A stretch of 64,000 bases of DNA from assembly GCA_001949185.1 (NCBI GenBank), contig BDGG01000006.1, forward strand, positions 788,827 to 852,826. The letters run 5' to 3'. Origin of the DNA: Ramazzottius varieornatus (Eukaryota > Animalia > Tardigrada). Shown piece by piece: positions 25,401 to 39,200 of this stretch; the stretch's first letter is position 1, and each line of letters begins with the position of its first letter. A program made the translations under genes and the position numbers. Below the pieces are notes generated by a model that worked only from the letters and a program-made list of their open reading frames with translations, made no database searches and was not told where the DNA came from.

Positions 25401-26104
25401 GCCAATCTGCCTGTAAACGACCATCGAATCTACCGTACCTTGGTTACTGAAGCTGAATAGACCGAAAATAATATACTCGACTTACAGTAGCGCGGTCCGC
25501 GACGCCGTTGGAGAAGCATTTGGTGTGGGCGAAGCGTCGTGGCTGTCGACGAAGAAACAGCTGTTTGATCGACTCCGAAGGCTGGCCTTCATCGGGATCC
25601 ACGGGCTCGATATCTTTAAGACGAGGAGTCTCCTCATTCGGTTCCTGAAAGAAAAGCATGGGACAGGTAGAATCACGCAGTTCTGTAAAGACTTGCAAGT
25701 TGCAAGCGAAACTCAGCTTTCGACCCTACTCAACTGGCGCCTGACGTCAAGTTCCCATGGTAGTCTACTGTTGCACCCACGTGACGTCCAGCGCGATCCG
25801 TTGAAATAGCTGAGCTTCAATACAACGAATGAGAGTTGAGTTCTGTTTCTCTTACATGTTTCGCTCTCTTCGCTGTCGAACCGGTCTCCGATTTCTTGCT
25901 CTTCTCAGCTTCCAGCTCCGTTCCGTCATCTGCAAATACAGTCACCGAAACATTTCGGGCATGCAAAACTAGCAAAAGGATGGTAACCATTAAACCAAAC
26001 AGCAGACTTCTGTCTGGAGGATCAGACATACCTGCTCGACTTGGGCTCCCTGACAGAAGGCGCTTGCTTTTGTCCGCAGAGCGTGTAAGAATGCGATCGC
26101 CCAT
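22476..26104 (-). CDS. Divergent RFX-family winged-helix transcription factor. Exons ~26104-26032, 25929-25856, 25644-25486, 25410-25229, 24977-24509, 24291-24084, 24017-23770, 23536-23324, 23264-23105, 22869-(22476); 3' end uncertain
   Basis: ADWLKEHF...VPKGFLCDRYEEFC...PMNNATLGRFIRGVFRGLETRRLGARQQSRYFY matches the RFX DNA-binding domain (WL..Y...PR..LY..Y...C.....PVN.ASFGK.IR..F.GL.TRRLG.RG.SKYHY). EVFRSVVKFDF..IKSFW and LRLQSL..FSQQVLDN align with RFX B/dimerisation regions. The last junction is 1 nt out of frame with the acidic downstream ORF. Confidence 0.85.
22893..25195. repeat. Four copies of the palindromic family in RFX introns (~22893-23095, 23592-23765, 24330-24465, 25015-25195)
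   Basis: Best-preserved module: gtttccccaagtgacgcacgctttcgg-ttttattgg-ctgaaagcgtgcgccacttggggaaac (~23002-23064). Confidence 0.85.
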
Positions 26105-26539
26105 CGTGAAGCTCTGCTCAGCTCAGATGGCAGCAAGATTCCTTCGGAAATCCGAGATGCAAAAGGCTAACCGGAAGACTGAACCACGTCTGACTGCCAT
26201 GAACCGTTGCTCGGATTTTGCCTCGAAGTTCGAAATAAATTCGGAGCTTCAGTGCGCACCGCGCACCAGAGCATGCCCTTGACATATTGTACCATGTGCG
26301 GTGCAAGTGATTTCTGCGCAGTGCGCACGCAGCAGAGGCATCGTACCAACGTACGATGACGTAAGGCCACTTGACTCAAAAACCACAACAGGCTTTCTAA
26401 CAGTTGAAAACCAGATACCACGCCGCATTCCTTCATCTCTGCTTCTGGCGGCTATCATTCCTTATCGCTTCTGTATTCCTCCAGCCTGCTTCACTGGATT
26501 GATCATCCACTAACTGTTTGAGCTCTCCTTGCAGGTACC
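26105..26539. promoter_or_regulatory. Probable bidirectional promoter / 5'UTRs between the RFX-like gene and the coiled-coil gene
   Basis: Divergent ATGs 435 bp apart; probable 5'UTR intron 26361-26534 on the + strand. Confidence 0.55.
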
Positions 26540-28488
26540 ATGACGGAAAACGGTAGCAAGTATCTGACGGAAGACGAGCTAATGAATCTGGGATCGCAGC
26601 TGATGTGGAATCTGCGTCAGCATCAAGACGTCTTCCACCCCATTCCTGACGTCTACGATGAAATGTGCGCACAACTGGAAACTCTCGTCCATCATAGTGG
26701 CCATCTGGGCGACAAAGTCAACGAGTGCCAGGAGAAGATTGCCGAGCTGGAAGCCCAGATGGAGCAAGCTCATCGCGAGAACGAAGCCATGCAAGCTGAA
26801 GTGCGTTCCGTGCGTCAAGAACGTGATGAGGTTTGTCTTGGTCTTTAGACTTGTTGTCCAAGCACTATCGCCGCATAAACTTTTCGTATTATGTGACTGT
26901 CAAATATACGACCTGATTTATGGCGTCTGTTAGCATCCTTATTGCCGCAAAAGATTATCGCTGCCCAAAGCGATAAGCCTTGAATGCCGCTTGCCCGATG
27001 AATCAGTCAAATCAACAAGAGCTGTGTTTATGGTCAGGTTCGTGCCGAGCACGGCCCTGGCAGCGATTTCTGATGGTTTCCAGGTTTCCTTCCGATTTGA
27101 ATATTAGAACCATTTGGCACTCTTATGACGCTAGTTCGACGTTTCGTGTTTCCTACAGGCCTTACAAGAAATGGAGTCGAACTGGGAGGAAGAAATCCTC
27201 AAGATCAACTCGCAAAAGGAGAAAGCCCTGGAAGAGAAGGCGGATCTGGCTGTTCGATTGTCGGCCACCAAAGCTGACCTGGAGCACCTCACCAACGAAA
27301 AGAAGGAGGTTGAGAACACCTTGGAGGCTCTTACGGCCGCTTTGTCCGAGCGGGACAGGATGGTGGTGACGTTGCGTGAACGCTTGAGCGAAGGTGAAAG
27401 CACGGAAGGCGACGCGGACGCCGACGACGAAGAGGTACGATCAAGATCAATATTATTGTCTGTGGGCGCCCTTTCTTTACTTAGTACTTACCTAGATGGC
27501 GCTTTTCCTTCTCTAGGGTTCCGTCAGTCGAGCTTCGGTCAGGGAAAGGAACAAAGGTCGGCAACTGAAGGTGGTGGAAGATAAGTATCGCATGCTGGCT
27601 TCTCGTTATGAGAACCTGATGGAAAAACAGTCCAAGCAGGAAAATTACGTAAACGAACTCCGCACGGTTAACCAGGAACTGCGAACCAAGCTGACCATGA
27701 ATTCTTTGGAACTTAGCAGTCGTACCGATGACAGTGAGGAATTGAAACGTTACTGTCGAATGTTTTCTGAATTTGGGAGCTCGGCAGACAAGGTCGGCCA
27801 GATCGTTCGTCCAAGTGGCGCACGCTTCCAGTCATAACATTGGGAAGGTGTGCGACTTGAGAAAACGACCTGTACGTTTCGTTTGCTGACATCGGAGTCT
27901 ACTTTGATTTCAGGTAATTTTATTTTCTGATTTCAGCCTCTCCTCAGCGTCCGTCCCTAACTCGTTCTTTGAGCTTGAAGGATGAACTGGCGGAAATCAG
28001 CACCAGTAAGATGGTTACTTCAGTGTGCTAAAACTAAATTCGAACGCTCTTTCGTTCTACTTCCCGGTTGATGTGTCTTTATTCTTTGCAGCTTTCAATC
28101 GGACTTTTAATGTTTCGGATGCCTCGACCGACGTCTGGAACATGTCCACCAAGCTGAACAGCTCGCTGGACGAAAGTCTCTACGTTGAGTGCGAGGGAGA
28201 CGAAGGTTTTTCTAGCGGAACTCCGGTCGACGATGGGTGATTTCCTGATGATGATTTCCGAATTGAAATTTGAATTTGTACCCACCAGTAATTGGTTTGT
28301 TTTTCTTATGCTGTTTTAGCGCGTCTTTCCACATCAATGGCGGACCGTACAAGAAGAAGCGAATTTCTTGGTCGGATGTTCTCTTCTGGGCGGCCTTGTA
28401 CATTTTCCTCGACGTGCTCTGTGTCCACTTCTTTGGCGTCCACATTTTCTACTTCAACAAGAGTTATCGACAAACCGCCATTTTTTGA
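26540..28488 (+). CDS. Coiled-coil protein with C-terminal transmembrane anchor. Exons ~26540-26830, 27159-27434, 27517-27748, 27937-28005, 28092-28236, 28320-28488
   Basis: Junctions join in frame; long E/K/L heptad region; SLSLKDEL motif; basic KKKR followed by hydrophobic VLFWAALYIFLDVLCVHFFGVHIFYF and a short tail. Confidence 0.75.
27775..27895. repeat. Palindromic family copy in a coiled-coil gene intron
   Basis: gggagctcggcagacaa...ccaagtggcgcac...gtgtgcgacttg...gtttgctga. Confidence 0.75.
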
Positions 28489-29509
28489 AATTTTCAGAAT
28501 TTTTGAGTGTGGTGTTGGATTTTTCTCTTTTCCTTGCTGAATAGTATCTCTTAAAATGTGCTCAAAATCTTTTTTGCTTTGATTAATTGTGCCAAAGTGA
28601 TTTATACCTTTTGAAGCCGATGATTGATGATAGGAAAAGTCTTTTTGAATCCCGCTTATATTTTCAAATCTTCTGGAATATTTGTGCTGATGAAAATGTT
28701 TGCTCTTGTTTTCTTTTAAATGAATTCCCCCTTTTGTACCAACCTTTTATTCCGGGGGTAAATGGCCACTCTGTATAAAAGTTCGTCTCTTTTAACCCAC
28801 TCCACTGATGTTCCTTTCTAACTCAGTTGTGAACGCTTCGACGATACATGCCGAGTACCGCGGAACTGGTCTAGTGGAGTTAATGTAAGAAGGAATTTCA
28901 AGAAATATTGTCATTTCAAAACCCACCTGAGATAGAAGAAGTCTACAAGTCAAGTGAGAATTGGGGACATCAATGCCCGTTCGAATACACCTTTTGCAAC
29001 TATACACGATACTACAAGTATAATTTTGTCCGCCAGGAACCATGGTCCATGCTGAAAAGTCACTTTGCGAGCTCTTCCCCGCAACCACTGCCACGAACGT
29101 GCGACGAACTTTCTTATGCCACGAACTTGCTACTGTTGGTGACAGTTGACAGAACTCGGATCAATAGGGTTCTTCGCAGAGTTGCATCAGAAGGATTCTC
29201 CACTCTGACACGCAGAGATGGGGGGTAATCGTCATCTATACCGTAATTTTTTTGCCTGTTAGAAAAGGTTGCTGAGGTCAAGCGTTGCGTTGCAAACAGA
29301 GCTTGACAATGTGGCGGATGTCGCAGAGTTGCTTCCTCAATGTCGTGATTCGTGAAGAAACTGATGTGGTGAATTTGTATTATACATCCTACAGTCGCTG
29401 AAATAATCGTTATTTTGTCTGTAAGCTAGACATTGTGATATTCTACGCCCACAACCAATATTACGTCGTTGGTCCGTCTGGTGACTCCAATCGACCACGC
29501 GATGATGTA

Positions 29510-29654
29510 CTGTAAATATTCGCTGCGTCCGCGCAGTACGTACACGTGCGTGACGATGCACCCCCGTAGGGGGTTGCGCAATCCGCGAAACTGGACCGGG
29601 GCTGTACTTCACTTGTACGATCACGTACTCTGCGGACGCAGCGAATATTTACAG
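29510..29654. mobile_element. TA-flanked MITE (Tc1/mariner-type), copy 1 of 3
   Basis: TIR ctgtaaatattcgctgcgtccgc / gcggacgcagcgaatatttacag, TA TSD. Related copies at 30704-30848 and ~50482-50571. Confidence 0.9.
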
Positions 29655-30551
29655 TACGAGGGAGAGGTTGACGAATGGGCCACACCACTTTGGAGTTATG
29701 GAGTGGGCCAGTCAGGTTTTTCGCTAACTAACTATGGACCGTAAGCAACATACCACAAATCGAAACCTGCGGTGTAGCTCGAACCGCCAGTTGAACAAGC
29801 GCATTGTGTGTGGTGCCACCCTATACCACAGCTATTTTTGCGGCGGCCCACTCCATAAACCCAAAATGATGTGGCCCACTCGATAACCTCTCCCTCGTAC
29901 TCTTCCAAGTTTTCATGGGTGCTCGCCCTGGTGCTTTTCGAGACGGTGCTGACGCTGGTAAAAGGAAGGGGTAATCTACCTGCCAACTGGACTCCACGAA
30001 AGGGAGACATGTACATAATATCCGTACTACGCTAAATATCAATAGAATCCTGGGCAGTGAATCATCTTCTTTGCCCAACAAGTATGCACAGTATTACTAT
30101 GCACTAGCTAGTGGTTCTAACCACTGGAAAGGCCGACCAAAGGAGGCAAACCATCGTAGAGCGAGCACTTTTACTGCGTTGCGTTGCCTAATGCAAGTAA
30201 TCGTTTATCCTCGGCAACTTCCTCTTGTATCACAGGAGAATTTGCCAGCTTAGCAAGGCGGTCAAAATCAAAATATTGCAGAAACGCTAAGTCTGACAAC
30301 GACTGTACTCGAGAACAGCCAACAAATGATAGCCCTATCGCAAATTCGTTCTTTCTTAAGACAAGAGCCACGCTTGGAAGGGTTGTCCCTTGCGCTTTGA
30401 AATCGCTGATCGCCGAGATAAACGAGTGGCCGATAATTGATAACAGGCCAATAATTAGACTAGTGCCGTGTACTGCCATCGTAAGTCGTAACTTGTGACT
30501 CACAGTACGGTTCCCCAGTAAAATTTTTAATCGCCCCGATCAAGTGGGGTG

Positions 30552-31286
30552 TAAGGGTGTAAATTCCAGGCCGGATACCCTTGGAATGGAAAAAAAGGAA
30601 AGGAACTCCTAATATTCCTAAATTCCTATTTCCTTCTCCAGAACGTCCTCGCAAAAATTTGGAATTCCAAAGTCCCATTTGTCAGTTTAGATCTTTTCAC
30701 ATACTGTAAATATTCGCCGCGTCCGCACAATACGTCCACGTACGGGACGACGCATCCCCGTAGGGGGTTGCGCAGTCCGTGAAACCGGACCGGGGCTGTA
30801 CTTCACTTGTACGATCAAGTACTCCGCGGACGCAGCGAATATTTACAATACCCATCTGAAACAATGAAAATGATCTGAGTCATCAACAAATATTGGTTTT
30901 GAGACTGAAAGCCAGCTGGAGGTTGGCAGAACCGAACTTTCGGTTCTGTCAGACCTGAAAGTCCAAAAGAAAATCAAGAACTTACGCACAGTTGAATGCG
31001 CCGCATACTTTAGTGCGACGGATCGAAAATGCTATTGGTCGTTCAGTTGAACGACCAATTAGCCTCAGTGGTACGCATGTGCGAGCCAGCATCGGGTTCA
31101 GTTTTTCGACAGGATCTGCTGGATCTTCGACTGTTTACCTCCTGGAATTCCTAAATTTTCTCCGATTTTTGCTAGTTTTCCAGATAGGAATTCCACCGTT
31201 CCAAACGGCTACCCCTCGGAACGGAACGGAATTCCAGGAATGGAACGGATTTTGGAAAGGAATGGAATTAGGAATTTACAACCTTA
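30552..31286. mobile_element. Non-autonomous hAT-type element with GGAA/TTCC subterminal repeats
   Basis: TIR taagggtgtaaattcc / ggaatttacaacctta; perfect 8-bp TSD gtggggtg. Confidence 0.88.
30704..30848. mobile_element. MITE copy 2, nested in the hAT element
   Basis: Close match to 29510-29654, TA flanks. Confidence 0.88.
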
Positions 31287-32246
31287 GTGGGGTGTCTTTT
31301 TTCAGTACTGTGTTTGCGATATCTGAAAGCTCGAAGAATCTGATCGTCCGTTGAAATCTCGACAGACTTAAAAATCTTGAACATTCTTTCTGAAAGGCTG
31401 AATGTTCCAAATATCCTGCAAAGAAATCCTGCAAGCAAATGAACAAACTCGTATGCGGAGGAGCTGAATTTAAACCTTCCAATAACGAATGCGAGGCTCG
31501 CAACGGAGGTCGCTGGCCGCTTCGCTTGATCTCTGGAAAATGCCCATATTGGAAGAACGGTCAGTTGCTACAAGATGATTAGCATTTCTAAAACTAACTT
31601 CAGAACATGTCTTCGTTTTTGTGTCTCGATACCATGAGAAACAGCTGCATCAAGGAAGGCTCAAGGCTGAACGAACAGAAAATTAATGTCTCGCCGACTT
31701 TGACTGTGGCACCTACCCGAATTATTCTACTTTCCTGAAACCAGTGTAGCTATGCTATACCCTGAACGCTCCGCTTTTCAAGAACGCGACGCCTAAGCTG
31801 TAAACATAAGCTACAGCCGCCAATAAATATACAAAAGCTTCCAACGGAGCGTCATTACGCAGCCGAGGAAAACAATGTGCCGCTAACGTATACATTCTAC
31901 ACTGTACAGAAGCAGTACCTAGCACTTCACCTTTCCCATCACTACTGTTGCTTGTAGTTTTCAGACCAAACTACTTAGCCCATGCACACATAAACTACCG
32001 GTTGCAACAAATAGTATAATTGCACGCATTACATACACAAAGGGATACACGCACGCCGAGGAAGTTTGGGCTAGTAAGAAGTTTGGGCCAGGTGATTCCG
32101 AAACAGCGGCACGCAAGTACGTAGGCGACTAATTTACTGTATTGCACTCTCTGCCTGCTTGGAGAATGCTCGAGCACCGAAGCAAAAAGCACCGAAGCGA
32201 TCATGAACCACTTCTCAAAATAACATACAAGAAGAGTGACCGTTAC

Positions 32247-32494
32247 CGATATCCCAGCTTCGAAGCCGCCGCCGATGCTCTTTCTCAAAATGTACGAAGC
32301 TCATTCATTGTCGAGGACTTGCTGGGAAAAGACTGTCAGACTTTGTAGGCGGAGACAGTCTTGGAGGCAAGTGCAGAAGAACAGGACGATACGGAGCACT
32401 TCGTTGTGGGGCTTCATCGGAAGTGGACGGAGAAGCTGAGCGATGTTCTCAGCGTAGTTGCTGGTCAGGTGACTGAGCACCAACACCAAATAAT
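32247..32494 (-). pseudogene. Isolated copy of one RFX exon (paralogue of 23770-24017)
   Basis: YLVLVLSHLTSNYAENIAQLL...QQVLDNE*ASYILRKSIGGGFEAGIS with both splice sites retained; CGA>TGA stop. Confidence 0.85.
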
Positions 32495-35400
32495 CTTACG
32501 GTAAGCACGGACTGTAGGTATAGTTTTCACTTCGTCCACTTCAACGACACTTCAAACTTATCTTGACTTCCCACTCCTGACTTCCGAGCTCCGCTTCTGT
32601 TTGATCTTCTTTGTAGATTATTTGCCTAATAAGCCTAATCCTTCCTTTCACCTCACAGGAAGCATACATTCCATTCCGACGTGTACCTCACCCTGGGAAA
32701 TATCTTGATAACCTGACAGCGCCGAGATCTTACTTTATTTATCATACAATATTACAGTGTGCTTTCTACAAAAAGTGAACGAGGAAGTTTGGACGACATT
32801 CATATAAATCGATCTTGATTTGTTTGCAGAATTCACGGCGAGTTTTGTATGGCGGCTCTGATCGGGGTCTCTAAGATAAGTCGGATATCTTGATCGAATT
32901 TTATTTCAAGTTATCCGGTTCATTTATTTTTTTCGCGTACAATTACGCATAAGTGGACAAAAGAATGAATGACAAATGAGTAGGAAGAGCTTGATCCACC
33001 CGGACATTGCTTGACCAGCTCTTGCCCGAAAGCCCCTTTATCCTTGCGGCGTCTTGTCTGCCACCCCGCTTTCCATTCTCCATGACTTCCGCACCCAGCT
33101 CATAATGCAAATTCACTTTGACAGTTCACTTTCCCGCTGGCTTTGATCGGTATTCACGCGTCGAAACTGGATCAAAAGGAGGCGGTCTATTGCTCATTGC
33201 TGCTCGACCACGGGGATCGATTCCGCATTCTTGCGGACCAGCGGACCTGATAACATTCATCCATCACTTTGTTTCATGAATACTTTAATCGCGGCAAGAA
33301 TGACCGGTAAGTTTGGTACTGAAGGACAGCTACCCTATATAGGAAGCGGGAACCATATCGTATGGGCCTCCATAATTTGGAGTCTGATCGATCGATCGAT
33401 GGTAGGTGACGGGACAGTGTCGAGCATGGTGATGGTGAAGTTTTACTGTATGTTGTTAGTTAGCGAATTTTAAATTAATTTGATCAAGTCTATGTCATCC
33501 CAAGGTCGTCTCAACACCTTGAGCACCGAGCGGGAAACTCACTGTCCTGGCGCACACCAATTTGTATGTAGCGGAATTCCAGTTCAGCTTATGGTGCTCG
33601 GTTTTTCTCGTTGGCCTGAAGAATCAACTTCTCTTCAAGCTGCAACTAACGGCCACCGGTTGATAGCTCTGCAAAACTGTCTAAATTTTTCCCGTTCTTG
33701 ATGAAATTTCGTCGTAGGCAGCCAATTTTTCTTCCCAGCCAGGCTGTCGGTTGGTTGAGAGTCCACAAAAAAATTGTAGCTTGAGACCAAATATTTTTGC
33801 ATCTTGCGAGACTTTCAGATCAGTGAAAAGATCTGCTCAGTCGTCAAGATAAAATCATGAAGGTTGGCCGGTTTGACTTGGTAGGTGGCGCACTTTACAG
33901 CATGTTCCCAAATTTTAGCCGATCGAGTAGGTTATGACTGGCCCAATTTGGAGCCGCCCCCTAGTTTTGGCCGGTTAAAAAGAGACGAAAGTGACTTTCC
34001 CACCTCGTATCCGTTAAATAACAGTAAGCTGGATCGAGAAACTAATTTCTCAATACTAAGGCAATGAAGCAGTTTCTGTGACGAGCACTGGCAGATTATT
34101 CGGTAGAATTTTACTTGTGCGAACTGGAATGGATATTCGTTCGAACACTCCTTGATCGATCGATGGACTTCCGGATCTTGTTAGATTTTCCATCAACCGT
34201 CCTGGTGTGGGTTTGAATACTTCGTTCTGGGAGTTGAATCCGAGGACTGTCCAGCGTGGTTTATAACACTCCCTCCGAGACAAAGCAAGCCATGATGGAG
34301 CGATGTTTCTACTCTAGATAACGAAAAGGCGGCTAGCCACAATTTACTCCGTTTGTCTTCATATCAAATTTCTTCTCGCCTTCCGTGCCAAGTTTATCGC
34401 TTTTAAATTTGATCAGCGTCATCGGGGACTGCGCCTGTGACCCGAATTGGTGTCAGACTTGATGGAAACTCGAGACACATCTGGGTTCATTAAATTGACG
34501 TTGTGGACGGTTACATAAGAAGAAAAATAGCCAGTGGTGTTATGATAGCGCAGTGACGTCAGAAAGCCTTCTGCTCCACCACCCAACATCTTGGCGCACG
34601 TGGAGGAAACAATGTATCGCAATCGAGGACCCCGCGATGACTTTTCTTCTGGCTTATTTGTCTTGCTCGATCGATACAGTTAGCGTCCCTGTCAATACTG
34701 TCACGGGCAATTTGAGGCACGACTAAAAGAAAAATAAACAGCAAGACGCGTATCGGAAATCCATGAGGAAGAAAGGAAGAACGGGCAGAGGAAAAAACAG
34801 CCAGCTTTGAATGGATGATTGCGCCGTTACAGCCTGCCGGTCCTTGATGTTTAAACTTTGATCTCCAGGGCATCTTCAGCACGGCGTTTGCTTCTTCGCA
34901 AAAAGCCACTGCGGCACAGCGGACAATCCTTGAGTACACAGCATAAATCACCCTCTTATTGGGAAAACGTCGATAAGAACGGCTTAACTTAGGTGCGGAG
35001 ATACCAGGTCTATTGGCAGAACGAAGACTGCGTCAATCGCAGCCAAGCGACACGTACGTCGATACAGAACCATTTCAAAAGAAGGCGGTCCAGTACGCAC
35101 TTCAGAGCCTGGATGAGTGAAAGGCCAGCTAAAATTTCTGAAATCACTTCGTACGTACTCTATTGTGTCCAGTGCGGTAACAGTAAGTACAGTTTCGATC
35201 CACAAAGTCTTTCCGGCGTGATTAGAGTGTAGGAGCACGGCCAAGTCCTTGTGTGCTTTTAACGGAAGTGAAAACGTCTGTCGCGCGCTGGAAAGGAAAG
35301 CGCATTCATTCGCATGATTGCACTCATCGAGACGTTCAACTAGATCTGGCAAAATCAGCCGGCCTCTTACATGATTCTCAATACTAATGTTACCAGCTGG

Positions 35401-36209
35401 AATTGTTGTTATATTTGATAAGGTTGGATTATGCTGGATGTCGCTGGAGAGTGCCAACGTCTTGCCAAGTGTCCTTCTTCAATTCTGTATTTACTTTTCT
35501 TCGGTGGCGCGGTGTGCATCTCGTACTAACTGGAGTGTATCACTGTATCAGTTTTGTATTCACAAGAAAATTGAGGAAATTAATCAAGTGTAATGAGCAG
35601 ACTGCGGATAACCATCGGTGATACATCCATCACACGGATCCCAAAATATTATCTGCTGGTCGGCTCTCATCAGTGTTGCAAGCTTTCTACTGTCAACGGA
35701 GGCTGCTCTTCAATTAATGCCTGCCAGCTTTGCCAGAAATTCGGTAAGGATTCTGATTGATTCTGCATACTAGACTATCAACGGTAACTTGATGAACATC
35801 CTTTGCTCGGAACTTAAATTCCAGGCGGAAATGAACCTAAGAACTGATTTCCTGTTGGCTTATGCGGTGAGCGCGGCAATTAGAAAGCCTTCTTGTGACC
35901 AATGGTCATTAGTCAGAAAGAAACCACTTGACGTGATTGGCTTTCACTTGCCTAGCGGATTGATTGACGCTTCTTGATTTGAGGCATCAGCTTGAACCAA
36001 CTTCATTCTCCTCTCGGACAAGTGGGATTCTTCTGCCTCGAAAAATGTCGCTTAATATTTCTGGTTGTTGTTGCAGGTGCTATGAGGAGAGTGTTGGACC
36101 ATAACACTGCATCGAGGATCTTGGAAGAAGGGGAAGCGACTATACATTACGGGAATGACGTTGACTGAGACGCTGTCCGAAATTACAAGCGAACTGGGGA
36201 ACCGTGAAG

Positions 36210-39200
36210 ATGACAGCCTCTTCATTCAAAGATCAGCTCTTGAAGGAATCGAAACAGAACTCGTGGAGGCGATACTCGCAATGTGCAGCTCTATCTCGGA
36301 TCATTCTCATAACGTTTCTCCTGAGCGTCTGCTCATTATTTCTACTAGCCTGGTTCGTCAACAAGCCCGAAGGAGAAGTCCGCGCCATTCCATCGGAACG
36401 ATATGACTTCTCTTCGACGGAAGAAGCAGACGACGACGTGGACATTCCCTCCGATACTGTGATAGACATTAACCCTTCTCCGTCTTTCGAAAGCAACATC
36501 ACGTCCAGGTTACGCCATGATCCGAAGATTTTACTGTTTGTCGAGACGCAATATTCGCCGGTTGGACGCGATATCGTCGTGGTGCTGGAAGCCACGCGAA
36601 GACGCTTCCGTCGCGAAGTTGGCCTGGCGAAGATGCCTGCGCTGACGGCAGATGATCGAGGAAAGTTCAGCCTGGTGATTTTTGAGAACATCGAACGTTA
36701 CTTTAGAATGGATAATTGGAATCGCTCACTGTTGGATCGGTATTGCGTCGAGTATCATGTGGGGATAATTGGCTTCCCACCGATCGTCGAACACTCGCTC
36801 ATTGCAGCTACCATCGCTAATCTCCAGCTCCAGATCCATACTAATCTTCAGCTACAAAATTACAGAATCAATAGCTCGAGCTCCGTTCTGCACATGACCA
36901 AAGCGGAAGAAGTTTTGCACGGTCCACTGACAGGTAAGACGTTTCCCCGTTTGGTTCGCGCAGTTTGTCACATGGTTGGCGCAGTTTGTCACATGGTTGG
37001 CGCAGTTTGTCACGTGGTTGGCGATCTTTCGCATGAATATCGCGTGGTCACCTGCGCTAGCGATATCCTTGCAGTCAGTTGTACCCAGATGACTTTGCGC
37101 ACCACATATCAAATATTTTGAGTATGTTTGGTACGGGCGGTACGGTATGCTGCGGTACTGTGCACTGCACTTTGATGAAGTCGCGCACATTGTTATGCTT
37201 TTGAATGGGTTTCGTGCGCGTGTGAGTCGGTACACTACTCGTACGGTGCGGTAGTGCGGTTACAGCTGTACGTAACCAAGATTACTTTCTTTTCAGGTGA
37301 TGATTGGACAGTTTTCGTTCCACTCCACAGCACCTACGAACCCGTTTCATGGGCCGAACTCCGTTCTCCTCGCAAATTTTCGTCTTCCGTGTCTTCTTCG
37401 AAACCCGAAGAGGAGCTGATTACCGCAGTGTTGGACACCGGAGCGTTGGACGGTGTCCGAAAAGTATTCTTCGGGCAGTCGCTAAAGTTCTGGCTGCACA
37501 AGTTGCTCTTTTTGGACACGATATCGTTTCTTCTCAACGAACAACGGGCGAACAGTTTGACGAGGTACATCCTGATCGATGTGGACGACATCTTTGTCGG
37601 GAAGAAAGGAACGCGCATGACAGATACGGACGTTCTGGTGATGATGGACACCATGGAGCGATGGCGGAAGAAGATCCCCGGCTTCAAGTTCAATTTGGGC
37701 TTCTCCGGAAAGTTTCTGCACGGGGGGCCGACTGGAGCTACGGACGAAGAAACTAAAGGCGACGACCTCCTTCTGGGTAGGAAATGAGAGAAAATGAATA
37801 ATTTCACTTTTTGTGTGAAACTGTGAAATGATTCTGATATTGGTGATATTTTTTCCCAGCGAATGTATCGAAGTTTTGGTGGTTCTGCCATACCTGGGGA
37901 CACTCACAAGCACATCTTTACAACAATAGCGATTCCATTCTTCGAGAAATGCAGATGAACCTTCTCTTCGCCAAGGTAAAGGGAACCGATCCATGACAGA
38001 GATTTGTTTGTTTTTCCCCAAGTGGCGCACGCTCCTGGCCAATATCACTCGAGACGTGCGCCACTTGGGAAGTCGACAAGATCACTTTCCCACGTGGCGC
38101 ACACTGCTGGCAATAACACTGCTGGCAATGACACTGAACATGTGCGTCACTTGAAAAAGCAATCTTGTTGAATTTTTTTGCCGAGCTACCGGTTATTGTA
38201 CGTGATGTTATGGCTTTCTGTTTAGGAGCACAACATTCCGACCAACTCGGGCTATGTCGTCTCGCCTCACCATTCCGGTGTGTATCCCGTCCACGAGCCT
38301 CTGTACGACGCCTGGAAACGTGTCTGGAAGGCCCAAGTAACTTCTACCGAGCAGTACCCGCACTTCAAGCCGACACATCTCCACCGCGGCTTTATCCATC
38401 GGGGTATCAAGATCCTACCTCGACAAACCTGTGGTCTCTACACTCACACCATGTACCTGGACTCCTACCCCGGTGGCCAACAGAAACTTCTGTCGTCCAT
38501 CAAGGGAGGCGACCTCTTCACGACGCTCCTCTTCAACCCCGTTAACGTCTACATGACACACTTGTCCAACTATGCAGCGGATAGACTGGGGCTGTATACG
38601 TTTGAGAAGCTGTTTGATTTCGTCCGACAATGGACAAACTTGCGGTAAGGCAAATAGAATTTTTCGCGCTGTTTAAACAAATTCGCATGTACGACATGTA
38701 CCTGCATACGTTCATGTTGTCAGAACAGTTCAGCTCTGTGTATGCCAGTGCGTACAATTGGCGCACAGACAGAACATTCATATACTTGGTCGAAAGACGA
38801 TATCTTGTGCACCTGTATACATGCGCACTGTAGGAAACTGCATGGTCTGGTGTATACAGGTGCTCGAAAGTTTATCGTATTGCTCTTGCTTATTCCACAA
38901 GATGAACTGATGACGAAATCTGAGCTTTTCTCTCTAGATTACGGTCATTACCGCCATCAAAGATGGCCGACGTATATTTCAGCATGTTTCCGGAAGACTC
39001 TGAGCCGGTATGGAGTAACCCCTGTGAAGATAATCGCCACCTGAAAATCTGGGCCGGAAGCAAGTCGTGCGAACGCCTACCCAAATTGCTGGTCATCGGG
39101 CCGCAAAAAACGGGCACAACGGCCCTCTTCACTTTCCTCAACAGCCACCCGGCCATTAAGAGTAATTACAAGAATCCGGCTACTTTCGAAGAAGTGCAGT

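Noticed and set aside
26540-28488. Coiled-coil TM protein as IRAG or a KASH protein
   Set aside because: No recognisable IRAG/LRMP conserved coil and no PPPX terminus.
33000-36000. ORFs such as 34559-34951 and 34984-35457
   Set aside because: No motifs or coding-like composition; probably NDST upstream/5'UTR region.
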